A stretch of 64,000 nt of DNA, from the NCBI RefSeq assembly GCF_009834535.1, contig NC_045696.1:11596001-11660000 (forward strand). Reading direction: 5' to 3'. Both the position numbers and the translations under genes were made by a program. The notes beneath the pieces were generated by a model that saw nothing but the letters and a program-made list of their open reading frames with translations, did no database searches and was not told where the DNA came from. How positions within the stretch are numbered: position 1 is the stretch's first letter; each line of letters begins with the position of its first letter. The DNA comes from Camelus ferus (lineage: Eukaryota). Shown here piece by piece: positions 12,519-25,950 of the stretch.

Positions 12519-14048
12519 AGACTCTTCTGACCCTGCAGGATCAGTACCATGTGATTTTGCCATTAACTATGCTGTATACTGTCTAGTAGATAATCTACTG
12601 ATTCACATGCTAAACTTGTCCTAAGATTATGAACAAGTGTCCTTTCTTCATCTCCTTGGTATACCCAATTTGGGCACCGAGAATTGCACATTGACTTCAT
12701 CACCTTAAATACTAGGTCTTGGCTATGACACAATACAAAATAAGACCCTCAAAAGGTTTCACCTCTAAGGTTTCACTTCCCACCAAGTGATGTCTTGAGC
12801 CCCCATCCTCAAGATTGAAGGTCCAGACCAAGAAGGGATTTTGCCCTGATTGGTACAAGAGCTCTGAGAGGCCAACACTTCTCAGTCAGTCCCAACCGGG
12901 GTTTAAATGCAGGTTCCCTGAGCCCATCCTCAGAACTTCCAATTCTGCACTGCAGCTCCCCTGATGATTCTGATTCAACTGGTCCTTGAAAAATAGAGTA
13001 GAAGCTCGGTCATCAGTTGGGACTAATTGCTGGTTGCCAATCAATAAAGACCACTTATAGTGAAAATCCGTTTAAGAAAATAAAAAGATACATACTTACC
13101 GTAAACACTTCTTTTTAACTTAAAACATGTAAATGTCCATTTCTTCACCTACCTTCTAGGAATACCCAAAGCCTTTCTTGGGTATGGTTTTGCTGATTGT
13201 AAGTCTTCGTTGTTTTTCTTGTATAAATCACATCCATATATTTCTAGTTTTGACTACTTTCAAATAGAACAAGAATTTAAAGATACTTGTGAAGTGTTCT
13301 GAGTGTGAAATCCTTCTAGATTCTTGCAATATTTTTTCAAATCTTTTTACAGTTGTCTCCGCCACAACAAATGAAGCATAATTTTTGAGCAGCTCACATT
13401 TGTTGAGTCTCACAGAAGCTTTCAGCTTAGTTCTCATAGACACAACTCTATGAGGTAGATTGGTTTTTGCATAGAATATGTTATGTGAAAAAAAAATCTT
13501 TGTTTCTTTGTTTACCAATTTATTCCAAGCATGAAGAACAAAAGCTTGGCACTTTGTTGATGTTCAATTTATTTTTTAAAAATGGTTCACATAATATTTA
13601 ATTTGATTAATTAGTTACAGTAATATGTACAACAAGCATACAAATATTTGGGAACTAAAACCTGGCTTGATAAACACAGCAGCAAAATCTGAAAGTGGAT
13701 GAGAGTGGTAAGTTAGCATGAAATTCAACTTACCGCCCATCCGTTAGCTTGTGTTTTGGGGGGAATGGAGAGTGTCCATTAAGCCGGGGAGTCAATCAGG
13801 TGAAGGTTTGTTATGAGACTTCCCTCTCTCCTGTTAAGATAAGGAACCCGGGTCAACTGAGGAGTGAGAGAGAGTCAGAGGAAAGAGTCAAGCAGAATTT
13901 CTCCCATTTCTGGTTTGTGCAGAAGTTCTTCTCCCAAAGAATTCATTTGAAGTCCTTCAACCTGTTCTAAGTAACTAGGGGCTGCTATAAATCACATTGT
14001 GGGGTATCTATCCTGCTGCCATTTTAAGAGCAAAATATCCACCAGCTT

Positions 14049-14184
14049 TTTTTTTTTTTTCATTTGTTTATTGAGGATACAAAGGTAATTAGGTTTATTT
14101 ATTATTAATAGAGGTACTGAGGATTGAACCCAGGACCTCATGCATGCTAGGCATGCACTGTACCACTGAGATATACCCTCCTCC
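14049..14184 (-). mobile_element. tRNA-derived SINE (vic-1-like)
   Basis: SINE head on the minus strand, poly-T tail, TSD accagctt at 14041-14048 and 14186-14193. Confidence 0.9.
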
Positions 14185-14899
14185 TACCAGCTTCTTGATG
14201 TTCTTTATTCATGTCCTTCTTCGCCAGGAAAGCATCTGATTCAAATCATTTGAGATCACATTTAGAATAACATCAGAGAGTCAGACTGCCCTGTGCAGAT
14301 TGTGGTGTTAGATCAGCAACGTGAAACCCTGGACAAGGTCTTCACCTTTTCTCTACTTTGGTGATAACACTTCGTAGGGTTACTGTGAAAACTGGATAAG
14401 AAAACACATGCAAAGATTTTGAACCCAACGTGTCATATATTTGTATCTGTGTTCTGCTTCTTCACCAAGACCTATGGAGTGTCAAAAAGAAGTAATCAAT
14501 TAAATAAACAAAAAAAAATTGTTGACTGAATTTCTGCTCCTGATCCATTGTATGTAATTAACCTTTGCTTCTTCAGATCACATTGGTTTCCGGGACAGCC
14601 ATGACTCATGGCGAGAGGCAAGTAGAGAACATGATACTTTGAGACAGATTTGGAAAAGTTGCAGAAGAGTCAAGGAATGACATGGGCCACCTCATTGTCC
14701 AACAGGATCTCTCTCAGACCCCTGCTCTTTAGAAACCTAATACATTCATTGGATGAAATCTTACCTAGCCATTAAAACTGATTGCATAAAGGATTTTCAT
14801 TGATAATGAAAAATTGCTAAAATACCAACTTAAGCTGTAAAAAGCAGCATTTAGGCAATGATGCCATTGGCAAATAAATGAAATATATGTTCTTGTAAG

Positions 14900-16279
14900 A
14901 TGGCTTAAGGTGAAGCATTATAGGATTCTTGGGCTGTGGGCTGCAGCTAATGTTTGGATGACTGGTCATGAACTTGAAAAGAACAACATTGGAGAATTAG
15001 TAACAAGGAGGTTTGAGAAGGCACGTGGATGTGCTTCTGGGAAAGTGCCCCAAGTGTATACTCACCTAAACATTCTCACTCCCCAGAAGGAAAGGTACTA
15101 AATAAACCAGCAGACAAGACATCCACTCCTGTAACTATTGGTCAACCTTCTCCCCAGCCACCCCAGTGATTGTTCAATGGGCCTGTAAACAAAGTGGCCA
15201 CGGAAGTGGTAATGGAACATACTGATGAACTCAAAGACACAGATTTCCCTTCACTGAGGCTAATCTGGCTCCCTCCAGCATGAAGTCCAACTTGCAAGCT
15301 AAGGTAGCATGAACCATCCTTTATCCTCCTAATATTGTCTTCCCTGGATGGTAGTGAATTGACTGAATTTATTCCTTTCTACCATGAGGCATCAGCATTT
15401 GTCCTCATGGATATAAACACTTATTCTGGATTTGGACTTGCTTTCTACACCTGCCATTTTTTTGGTTAGCATCACCATCAACCATCACATTGTGCCTGTC
15501 TAAAGAACACACGTTGCAGGGGAAAAAAGTCCATGGGCTGCTGAATTTATAATCCACTGATCCTACATTGCACATTTTCACCCAGAAATAGCTTGTCAAA
15601 CAGACCAAAAAAAAAGGGTGGAGGGGAGATGTGATGTTGGTTGAGTTTGATTGCTCTTGACTATCAAGGGGGAAATAGGGCTGCTCCTCCAAGCTGAAGG
15701 CAACCAGGAGGTAGATGGAACCCACGATCCCTGGGCTGCCTCCTAAAATTGCTGTGTCCAGTGGTAAAGTCAATCAAGGGTTATAGAAATCCTCTTCAGG
15801 CAAGACCACCAATATTTCCAAACTCTTGGAATGAAGATTTGTATCATTTCATCAGGTACAGAATTCTGGCAAGGGGAGGTGCTGTTTGAGTTCAAAAAAA
15901 ACATGGTGGTAGTGAAGGGAAGATATATTTATCAGCTTTATACTCTTGAACAAATACAGAAATGAGCACCATAACTTTCTTCCTCACTAAAATATACATG
16001 TTGGTACTATAATTAATTTTCTTCCTTCTCCCACTATTTTGTATCGGGTGATGGTGATCACTTTTACAACTTTTCCCAGAGGTTACAAAATATCAAAACG
16101 GGTTCATTATGGAAAAGATGAGAAATGGTCATGGTCCAGGGAGCCTGAGCTCCAAGCTGGACCCAGAACCAATGAGACTTAGGAGCGGGGAGCATATTTT
16201 CAATGGCATGAATGATGGTTGTTAGGTAGAACGTATAAGGATAAGAGTATATGCTGCTGTTGGGCCACCAAAGGGGTGG
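14900..16279 (+). mobile_element. Decayed ERVL internal region (RNase H/integrase remnant and polypurine tract)
   Basis: From about 15154 it translates as PATPVIVQWACKQSGHGSGNGTY**TQRHRFPFTEANLA, resembling the ERVL integrase N-terminal region with stops; PPT-like 'ccaaaggggtgg' near 16268. Confidence 0.8.
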
Positions 16280-16800
16280 CAGCTAAAGGACCATTGTCGT
16301 TCTCCCTGACTAGCCAGCCTCTCGTTCCCCACACTGAGTCTCCAAGGGATACAAAGGCAACCTGATAGATGCTGAAAATGGCAGGTGTTTTCTTCTCCAG
16401 CCTCCTTGAACCCAGATTCCTTACATCAGACACATCCACCTGGACTTCAGATGAGGAGTAAGTACTGCTATGAAGCCAGAATGGCAGGGAATTCTGCATA
16501 TGTGTGTGTGTGACAGTGGCAGGAAGACTGAGGTAGAGGCAGCAGTGGCAGCAGAAATGGCAGAAGGATGGTGATTCGAGGCATGGAGCTCCTGGATCAG
16601 CAACAGAAACCACGGCACTGGGGCAGGCTGTGGCATCAAACTGTCCTCTCCGTGATGTGGTTTTAGGCATTTTTTTTTCCCTTGCTTTCTAGTTCCAGAA
16701 TCTTCCATGAAATGCCTGTTAGTCTTGCAGCAAATTCCTTTTCTACTTTAATCAGCCAGTCATTTTATCCTGCATACAACTAAGAATACTGGCTGATTCA
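16280..16800 (+). mobile_element. ERVL 3' LTR (LTR16/LTR33-like)
   Basis: Follows the PPT; ends with 'aaattccttttctactttaatcagccag...caactaagaatactggctgattca', typical of these LTRs. Confidence 0.65.
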
Positions 16801-17771
16801 GTATGTGCAAGAAGGCTAATTAAATATCCTTTCCATAGCCCGCCCCACACATCACTTCTGATAGCCACGACTGGGCTGCTTTCAACTCAACTTCTCTGCC
16901 TTCTTTCTGTTTTCACATTTCAGCAACCTGTCTCGATCCTGATTCCTGCCTCCAATATGAACCTTTGCCTAATCTTCCCAGGGGGTCATCCAACTCCAGG
17001 GCACCAGTCTCTCTGTTCTGGAAAAACAGGATTTTCAGACTCTGACAACTTGGGTCAAAACAGAGATCATATTTGGTTTGGAGGAAGGCTCACCAGGACT
17101 TACTACTGTGTTTCTAAGTTTCTGTTAAATGTCTTCTCTTTTTGGAGGAGCCTCATGGTCTCTCATTTGATGTTTTTGTTCACTTTGTTTTCACTCTTTT
17201 TTTTTCATTATTTGATGGTCTAGCTTGATGGATGCAGTTTTTGCTACTGAAAAGTGATTAGCCATCCTCTGCTACCAATGCCAACGTCCAAACACCTCTC
17301 CCACTGCTTCTGCAGGGCCCTTAACACCAACACTGTCCTCCCTCAGTGGTGACACATGTCCAGGGCCCCAAAACATAGCCTCACACTTTCTGTTGAAACT
17401 AGAGAGCGTTTGAGAGACATTATCTAGTACTATATCAAACATCTTGGTCACTACATCGGAACAGGAACCTCAGGACAATCAGGGCAATCTCAAGCCATTC
17501 CCCCCACCTTCCTGAAACACTCAGATGCCTCCTGATCACAGCCACGGTGGGCAGGCTTTGCCTCCCTGATTAGAGCCAAACTGCTCAAGTAGGTATTCTA
17601 AGACTCAACCATGAGTCCCAGCAATCTCTTCACCATTTCCAAGGAGATTTGGAATCCCTATGCAAACATAATTTCTGGTTGCCTTATGATATCTCAGTGT
17701 CCCCTGGTGGACAGACAGGTTAGGCCGAGATCATGACCCTCATAGGCTATGAGACACCCGGTATAGTCAGC

Positions 17772-17882
17772 ATCTAGGCAAACTGCCCTGGTCTGCCCTG
17801 GACTGCGTCGGTTTCAGCACTGACAGTCTTGCATCCCAGGAAAATACTCAGGCCCAGGAAATCTGGGACAACTGGTCACCTA
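17772..17882. mobile_element. MER94-like MITE
   Basis: Similar to 12413-12518; ends 'gggacaactggtcacct'. Confidence 0.55.
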
Positions 17883-18829
17883 GCAATCAGCCAAAGTGAG
17901 AAAAAGAATGTCTACAGGCTGAGAGCAACCAAAAGTTAAAGTAAAATGATTTGATACCTTAATGTTGGTACAAATTAGGTTTTTTTTTCATTGTGTCTAC
18001 ACACAGTGCGTTTTCTTAGACCTACCAAAATGCTAAAGTAATTATGCCCCCTCTTTGTCGTAGCTTGAAAATATTCATAGAAGTCCTTCCAGCCGGCTGA
18101 CTGCTTAGTGAAGCAGTCCCTGCTTAGCTGCTTCAATCTTCCCCTCTTTTCATCATTCTAGCTGATCTGTTCTGAACCTCTGCCAATCTGTCTGCATCTT
18201 CTTGAAACCACGGTACCCCGGATTGAATGCCAGGCACATTCATATAGACTTTCACCTCCTCGTCTCATTAGGTGCCTCAGGCAGTCAACGCAGCAAAACC
18301 ATGTAAGCATCTTATCCAATTATTGCAATTGCTTTCAAGACACATACACAAACAGAAGGATATGCTTTGCTAGTCAAGAGAATTAAATACCTCCGAAGGT
18401 CAAAAACCACATCTCTTTCAGTTGGAAAAAAAGGCAGGACAATAATCTAGCAAAATTGATGAGCGTAACAGTCAGAAGAGCAGTGGATGGAGCACCGAGG
18501 CTCTTGTTCGAGCTCTGCCCCCACCAGCTGGGAAACCTTGGAGAAGCCGCTTCGCCAGCCTGGCTTTCCATTTCCTCACACATAAAAATGAAGGGCTTGG
18601 AGAGGTCACCACAAAGGTCCTGACATGCTGTTTGAGAAAAGACAAATGCTACCTCAGGATAGCATTTCATCCAGTGGATCTCAGTGGGCGTGGAGCTGAA
18701 TCACTTTTGCTAAATACACCTCCTTCTCTAGCCTGTTGTCTGCCGCCCCCGCCCGCCGAGGCATGTCAACATGGGGAAAACAAGGGGAAAGAGGCTTTAC
18801 ACACTCTTCTAGTGATTATGATGGTGACT

Positions 18830-19290
18830 ATGGTAGGCATAATAATGATCATGTCCCCCTCCTAACCCCTGAAATCTGAACATGTAAGTTTACCCGTCAA
18901 GGGAGAATTGAGGTTGCAGATAGAATAAGATTGCTCATCAGCTGACCTTACAATAAATGACACTGGATTATCCAGGTGGGCTCAGTGCCATCCTGAGGAT
19001 CCTTAAAAGTAGATGAGGGGGCAGAAGAAGAGGTCAGAGTAAACAGTGTGAGAAGGACTCTGCCTGCCCTGGCTGGCTTTGGAGATGGAAAACGGCCACA
19101 AATCAAGAAACGAGGGTAGCCTGTGGAGGCTGGAAAAGGCAAGATTCTCCCCTAGAGTCTCCAGAAGGAACACAGCCCTGCCGACACCTCAACTGTAGCC
19201 CAATGAGAGCCATTTCGGACCTCTGACCTTCAGAAATAGAAGATAATAAATTTGTATTGTTTCAAGCCACTCAGTATGTGACAGGAAACA
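18830..19290 (+). mobile_element. MLT1D/E-like MaLR LTR
   Basis: 'ggattatccaggtgggc', 'gattctcccctagagtctccagaaggaacacagccctgccgacacc', 'aataaatttgtattgtttcaagccac'. Confidence 0.8.
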
Positions 19291-19531
19291 AACACAGTGG
19301 CTTCTAGGGCCAACATGCAGACAGGCACTCTCCTGTACAAACGCCCACACACTCCCACATTCACACACACTCATGTGCACACTCATGTACACTGACACAC
19401 ACGCGTATTCATGCAGTCACATGCACTCTTCTGGCACTCACACCCAGGCACTCCTCACACACACACTCCCTCACATAAACACACTCACTCACACACACAC
19501 ACTCACACGCTTGTCTTTAAGAACGTATCCA

Positions 19532-19708
19532 GGGAAGAAGGTATAGCTCAGTGGTAGAGCACATGCTTAGCATGCACGAGGTCCTGGGTACAATCCCCAG
19601 TACCTCCAATAAAAATAAATAAACCAATAAACAAATAAATAAATAATCTATCTCCCCACCAAAAAAAATTTAAAAATTAAAAAAATAAATTAAAAATTTA
19701 AAAAAAAA
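19532..19708 (+). mobile_element. tRNA-derived SINE (vic-1-like)
   Basis: 'ggtatagctcagtggtagagcacatgcttagcatgcacgaggtcctggg' plus A-rich tail; degenerate TSD aacgtatcca/aatgaatcca. Confidence 0.9.
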
Positions 19709-20805
19709 TGAATCCATTTGACCGCCCTGGATTGGATGGAATAATACCTATGGACTTTTCAGCATCCCCAAGAGAAAACTTTAAATTTCTTCTAACCAGA
19801 TCAAGAAATAATTTGCAGTGAAACAAGCTGTGGAACATGACAGGGGTTCTGGCAACCTCTACTTCTGCCAGGCCTGCTCTTTACATAGCCCCGCCCACGC
19901 TTTTCCAGGGGAGAATCTCTCCTTCCTCCCCCCCCCCCCCCCCACTCTCCATCCCCCTCAACGCCCCCTACACACACCCCACCTTGCCCATCTCCCTCCC
20001 TCGGCCTGAAAGGAGCACCTTACTTTCTCTGCCACACAGTGACACACAGTGACCTCTTAGACCAGGATATTAAAACCATTCTCCCTGTGCCTTTCCTCCC
20101 AATTCCTGGCTCCTCCCTCCCCTACGATGCATTTGAAATGCTCTTCCTGATGCCAGGACCTGATTTTTTTTCTTTGCTTATAGCTCCCCCGGCATCTAGC
20201 TGCACAACTTTACCCTGAAGCTGGGGAGCTGATCTGATGGGAAAAAAACTGGGCAGGGAGTCAAGAGTCCTGGCTGCTCCCGTTATTTCGTGGTCCCTTA
20301 ATTACAAAATATGTCACTTTCCACAAAATAAATTAGATTGCTGGTCTCTAAACCCCACACAAAATGTTTCATTATGAATGTATTTATGTTCAGTGGGAAT
20401 TTTCTATGTCCCCCCAGAAATTAAAAGCTCCTTCAGGGCATAAGTTGAGCTTCTATTTACTTTTAATTCACCCTCACATCTAGTAAAATGTACCACACCC
20501 TGTGGGTGTCCAGTAAATGTGGGTTGATTGACTGCTGCCCTCAAAGGAAGAAAGGTACTCAATTCAAATATTGCAAATCATGAACCCAGTTAGGAAGAGA
20601 GACTGCTTTGCTGGTATGCATTTGGATTGTCTTCATATCACCAGTGACCTTCTGGGAATCTATATCTAAATGGAGAAAATCACTTTTAGCATGCTATAAA
20701 ATAATCACTAGCATCATTATAGCTTCACACTGTAATTATGTTTTTATAGCAGAAAGTGTTCCATGTGAAAACTATTAGACTTTCTTATTTTATTTGGAAG
20801 GCAAG

Positions 20806-21191
20806 CGTTACAGGCTAAATTGTGTTCCCCGCAAATCCAAATGTTGAAGGCCTGACCTCCAGGACCTCAGAATGCAACTGTACTTTGACATAATGTCGTT
20901 AAAGAGGTAATTAAGTTAAAATCAGATCATTAGGGTGGCCCTAATTCACTGCGACCAGTGTCTTTATAGCAGAGGAGATTAGGACACAAACACATACAGA
21001 GGGAGGACCATGTGAAGACCCGAGGAGAAGACGGCCAGTCTACGAGTCAAGGAGAAAAGACAAAGAAGAAACCAGTCTTGCCGATACCTTGATCTCAGAC
21101 TTGTAGCCTCTAAGACTGAGAAAGTTAATCCCTGTTATTTAGGCAACTAGTCTCTAGTTCATTCTTACGGCAGCCCTAGCAAACTAATATA
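20806..21191 (+). mobile_element. MLT1B-like MaLR LTR
   Basis: 'aattgtgttccccgcaaatccaaatgttgaagg...acggcagccctagcaaactaata'. Confidence 0.8.
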
Positions 21192-22198
21192 CCAAGTCTA
21201 TAGACAAATTTTATTTATTTTAGATGTTTGTGGAAAGTATATTCATTTCGAAATTACATTCAATTTAATACATGGTTGTTGTAAAAGAAATTTCTGTAAA
21301 CAGAAAACAAAAATTCAATGAAATTTAAACCTCCCCCTCCCTCACCACTGGTGCATATCTTTCCAGAACTTTTTTCGAACAAAAATATATGCATATAAAT
21401 ATATACAAGTTTTTGAAGTGAATGATACACATACAGCCTATAGTCAACTTTTCCACCAAATATATGTCAGTTTTGTTCTTCTGTTTTAATAAATGTACAT
21501 ATAATTTTAATTTTAATGGCTATCTAGCTCTCCATCGTGTAAGTATATGATAACTCACTTAATCAGTCCTCTATTGTTAACGGCTAGACTTTTTCCTGAT
21601 TTTTACTCTCATCTGATGCACAATGCACACTTGCTCATCCACCTTTGCACAATTTCCTAGTAATTTCCTTAGGATAAGTACCTAGGTGATCGCTATATCA
21701 AAAAGGGATTCAGTTTCCAGACTTTTGATACCTTTTTTAAGGGACTTATTTTGTTCTCCCCCACGTCCCCCATACCTCAAACAAGGCCCAGCACAAAACA
21801 GAGGCCAATCAATACTTTTTTAATTAATCAGTTTTGTCAAATGAGGTAGACGTACTCATGACATGTCATTTCTAAATCTATCTTAAGATGCCATAAAATT
21901 AAAAGTTATTTGAAGACCCCAACTTCATGGATAGTCAGAGAATGGCAGAAACGAGGGCCAACTGGTGCCCTCAATCTCATGTACATCTGAGAATCTTACC
22001 TGGTAACTGAGCCACAGGTGATGTCATTCTCAAAAATCTGGTTTTTGTCAGTGTATGTATGGACTTGGAGGGAGTGGAGGTGGGTTAGCCTAAATCAGTT
22101 ACCACTATCAGAAAAACAAAAACAAACAAAACACACACACCCACACATACACATGCCACTCAAGCTCAGCATACTAGAAGGCCAGCACATAATGCCTC

Positions 22199-23466
22199 TG
22201 TATTAGTCCATTCTGGCTGCTATAACAAAATACCATAGACTGGGTCACTTACAAGTAACAGACATTAACTTCTCACAGTTCTGGAAGCTGGGAAGTCCAA
22301 GATCAAAGTCCTAGCCAAACGTGAAAAGGTGCTTAAAGTCGCTTATTATTAGAGACATGCAAATCAAAACTACAATAAAGTATCACCTCACACTGGTCAG
22401 AATGGCCATCATCAAAAAGTCTACAAATAATAAACACTGGAAAGGCTATGGAAAAGGGGGAATCCTCCTACACTGTTAGTGGAAATAAAAATTGGTGCAG
22501 CCATTCTGGAGAACAGTATGGAGGTCCCTTAAAAAATGAAAAATAGAGTTACCATATGATCCAGCAATCCTACTCTTGAGCATATACTCAGAAAAGACAA
22601 AAACTCTAGTTTGAAAATTCGATACATGCACCTCAATGTTCATAGCGGCACCATTTACAACTGCCAAGAAATGGAAGCCACCTAAATGTCCATCAACAGA
22701 TGAATGGATAAAGAAGATGTGATATATATGTGTGGAATATTACTCAGCCATAAAAAATGCAATATTGCCATTTGCAGCAACATGGATGGACATAGAGATG
22801 ATCATACTAAGTGAAGTAAATAAGACAGAGAAAGACAAATGCCATATGATATCACTTATATGTTGAATCTTTAAAAATGATACAAATGAGCTTATCAGAA
22901 ATAGAGTCACAGACATAGAAAAACAAACATGGTTGCCAAAGGGGAAGAGGGGAGAGAAAAATTAGGAGTATGGGATTGACAGATACAAACCACTATATAT
23001 AAAATAGATAAACAACAAGGTCCTCCTGTATAGCACAGGGAACTATATTACTATATTCAATATCTTATAATAACTTATAATGGAAAAGAAGTTGGAAATA
23101 TGTGTGTGTGTGTGTGTGTAACTGAATTACTTTGCTAGACACCTGAAACTAAAACATTGTATATCAACTGTACTTCAGTTTTTAAAAGGTGGGGGGAGTG
23201 TGAAAAAAGGAGGAGCTAAAAAAAAAAGTCTCAGCTGATGCAGTGTCTGGTGTGAATCTGCTTCCTAGACAGCCATCTTTCCCCTGTAACCTCACATGAC
23301 CTAGAGAGTGAGACCCTCTGGGGTCCCTTTTATAAGAACAATAATCCCATCACCAGGGGTCCACACTCATGACCTAATCATCTCCCAAAGGCCCCCACCT
23401 TCTAATGCCATTATATGAGGGTTAGGTTTCAACGTACAAACTTTGAGGTGACACACTCAGTTGATT
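22199..23466 (-). mobile_element. MLT1A-like LTR split by an L1 insertion
   Basis: Begins 'tgtattagtccattctggctgctataacaaaataccatagactgg' (to 22318) and resumes near 23225 with 'gtgtctggtgtgaatctgcttcc...atgacctaatcatctcccaaaggcccc'. Confidence 0.8.
22319..23224 (+). mobile_element. 5'-truncated L1 (ORF2 C-terminus and 3' UTR)
   Basis: 'atgcaaatcaaaactacaat...gatccagcaatcctactc...cctaaatgtccatcaacagatgaatggataaagaagatgt'; A tail; degenerate TSD aaagtcctagccaa/aaagtctcagctga. Confidence 0.92.
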
Positions 23467-24112
23467 GCAACCCCCTCTTCGACAGAGATAAGAGAAGCAA
23501 CCCTTTGTCTTTAGCAGTGGACTGTCTTTATATTAAGTATTTGAATCATCTATTTTACTGCCCTAAAATGAAATCGGTAGATAGTATGGCCAACCCACAC
23601 CTGAAGTCATGCTCACACTTGACTACAATGGAAGACATCACTGAGTAGTCAGATGCTTGTGTTCCGTGCAGAACTCCAGGAACAGGACAGCTACGACTGC
23701 TGATTAAAATGGGTGTGTCACATTGGCAACTCAAATCCCAGCAGAGTGTTGCCATCAGTGATGATATTTTCAGAAACGGTGACTCCTGGTAACGAGCTCT
23801 CACAAACCAGAATGCAACGTTATTTCCATTTATATGGTTGTAACTCAACTAGGATTTATTGCATATTAAAAGTATATAAAAATAATTTGTGTTACCTATA
23901 AACTAGAGTTCAGGTCTAGGATTCAATCACTATCGGCCAATTTTTCACCTACATGAATGACCAACAAGACATTTGAGAATAATGTAAGCCGAGGGACAAT
24001 TCTTCATTATGAGGGAAAACCTCACTCATTGTAGGATGACAAGCAACCCATGCTCCAGCCTACTAAGTGCCAGGAATGTCCCTAATCACTGTAACAACAA
24101 AAAAGTCCCACA

Positions 24113-24766
24113 AAGATGTGGAGAATTGGGAATACCTGTGCACTGCCAGTGAGAATGCAGACCAGTGCAGTTGCTAAGGAAAGCACCAGGGGAGTTCCTT
24201 AAAAAGAATTAAACATGGAATTACCATAGGATCCAGCAATCCCACCTCTGAATATGTACCCAAAAAGATCTGAAAGGAGAATGTCCAACAGATGCTTGTA
24301 TGACCATGTTTATATCTGCATCATTCAGAATAGTCAAAAAGCGGAAGCAATCCAAGTGCCCACCAACAGATGAACAGATAAACAAAATACGGTCTATCCC
24401 TACAACACGAAGGGAAATAAGTCATTCACAAGATGACAAATACTGTGTGATTCCACTTTAGTGGTATCTAAAGCCGGCAAATTCATAGAAACAGAAAGTA
24501 GAATGATGACAAGGAAATGTGGGAGTAGAATGAGGAGTTAATGCTTAACGGGTACAGAGCTTCAGTTTGAGATGATGACAAAGTTCTGGAAATGGACGGT
24601 GGTGATGGTTGCACAACACTGTGAATGTACTTAATGCCACTGAACTGTACGCTTAAGAATGTTTAAGATAGTAAATTTTATGGTATGTATATTTTATGTA
24701 TATTTTAACACACACACAGAAAAACCAGAGACATTGGTAACATAGAAAAAATAAAATAAACAGGAA
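24113..24766 (+). mobile_element. L1MB-like 3' fragment with internal deletion
   Basis: 'ggatccagcaatcccacctctg', 'aagttctggaaatggacggtggtgatggttgcacaac'; TSD aaaaaagtcccaca/aaaaaattcccaca. Confidence 0.85.
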
Positions 24767-25599
24767 AAAAAATTCCCACAGATTTCCAAAACACTCCAAG
24801 TGTGGAACTGCCCAATGAACCATCATTGCACCGATATGCTTCTCAAAACAGAAGCCCAAACACTAAAGTTTGAATGGGAAGTGACGGAAGTGTGAAGAAC
24901 ATCTCAGGGATGCGAAATCGGTTTTCTCTCAAGCGCCGGTGGTTGCTGGAAGTTGACTAAAGCTCTGTGTTAAGAAGGCGCCTTAGCACTGCCTTTGAAC
25001 TCAGCAAGGAAAACCACAATCTATCACTAATACCTTCCACGGGCAAGAGCATGAGGCCAGGGTGGCCTGCAGGTCGCATGTGTGCAGGCTCAGAAATGTA
25101 AACCCTCATATTCTGAATGTCTTCCACCTATGACTGGAGCCTAAAATCAAAACAGCTTTTTGGCAGGAAAAAACGCAACTGACATATCAAGCTCCGTTTT
25201 CCCATATTTTGCAAAACGTTTCGGAATTTAGAGCAAAGAAGAAAATACTGGGTTCAAATACTCAAAACTGTATTTATTTCACCCCACAAGAGAAACTCAC
25301 TGTGACAGAAGAATAGGAAAATAAAAATAGCACTGCTTAGTAGATCTATAAAGCATGGTTTGGGAACCAGTCTGGGGAAATTTACATGCAGGCAGATCCT
25401 AAATTCAAAACTCGAGTAAAATTCTTACATTTATTAACTTTGATCACAATTTCCTTCCATAGTCTGCCCTTTGGTGATGTTAATATGTAGAAAATTCATC
25501 TGAGATTGAATTTACTAAGGGAAGGGGGGAACGTAAGGAGATAGAAGTCAAGTTCTGCCCTTCTGATGGATGATGGAAGGAAAATGCCATGGCTGCTGC

Positions 25600-25762
25600 T
25601 GGTGATGATGATGGTGGTGATGGTGTTGATAACAATGATGGTAATGATGGTGATAATGATGTGATGGTGATGATGATGGTGGTGATGGTGATATTGATGA
25701 TGGTGTTGATAATGATGATGGTGATGATGGTAATAATAATGACAGCGGTGACAGTGATGGCA
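25600..25762. repeat. (GAT/GGT)n degenerate trinucleotide repeat
   Basis: Directly visible. Confidence 0.92.
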
Positions 25763-25789
25763 GTAATACCTAATACCTGTGTAGCATTT

Positions 25790-25950
25790 CTCTCTGTCTG
25801 GCTCTATTGCAAATGCTTTACATACATTCCTTAATTTAATCCTCACAACAACCTTATGGGACAGGTACTTTTATGATCCCAACTCACATAGGAGGAAACC
25901 GAAGCACAGCGAGGTTATATCAGTTGTTGAAGTAACACAGCTAGTAAGCA
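25790..25950 (-). mobile_element. MIR
   Basis: 'tttaatcctcacaacaaccttatggg...gaggaaaccgaagcacagcgaggtt' MIR core. Confidence 0.75.

Noticed and set aside
25496..25846. His-rich and Met/Val-rich ORFs
   Set aside because: Translations of the (GAT/GGT)n microsatellite.
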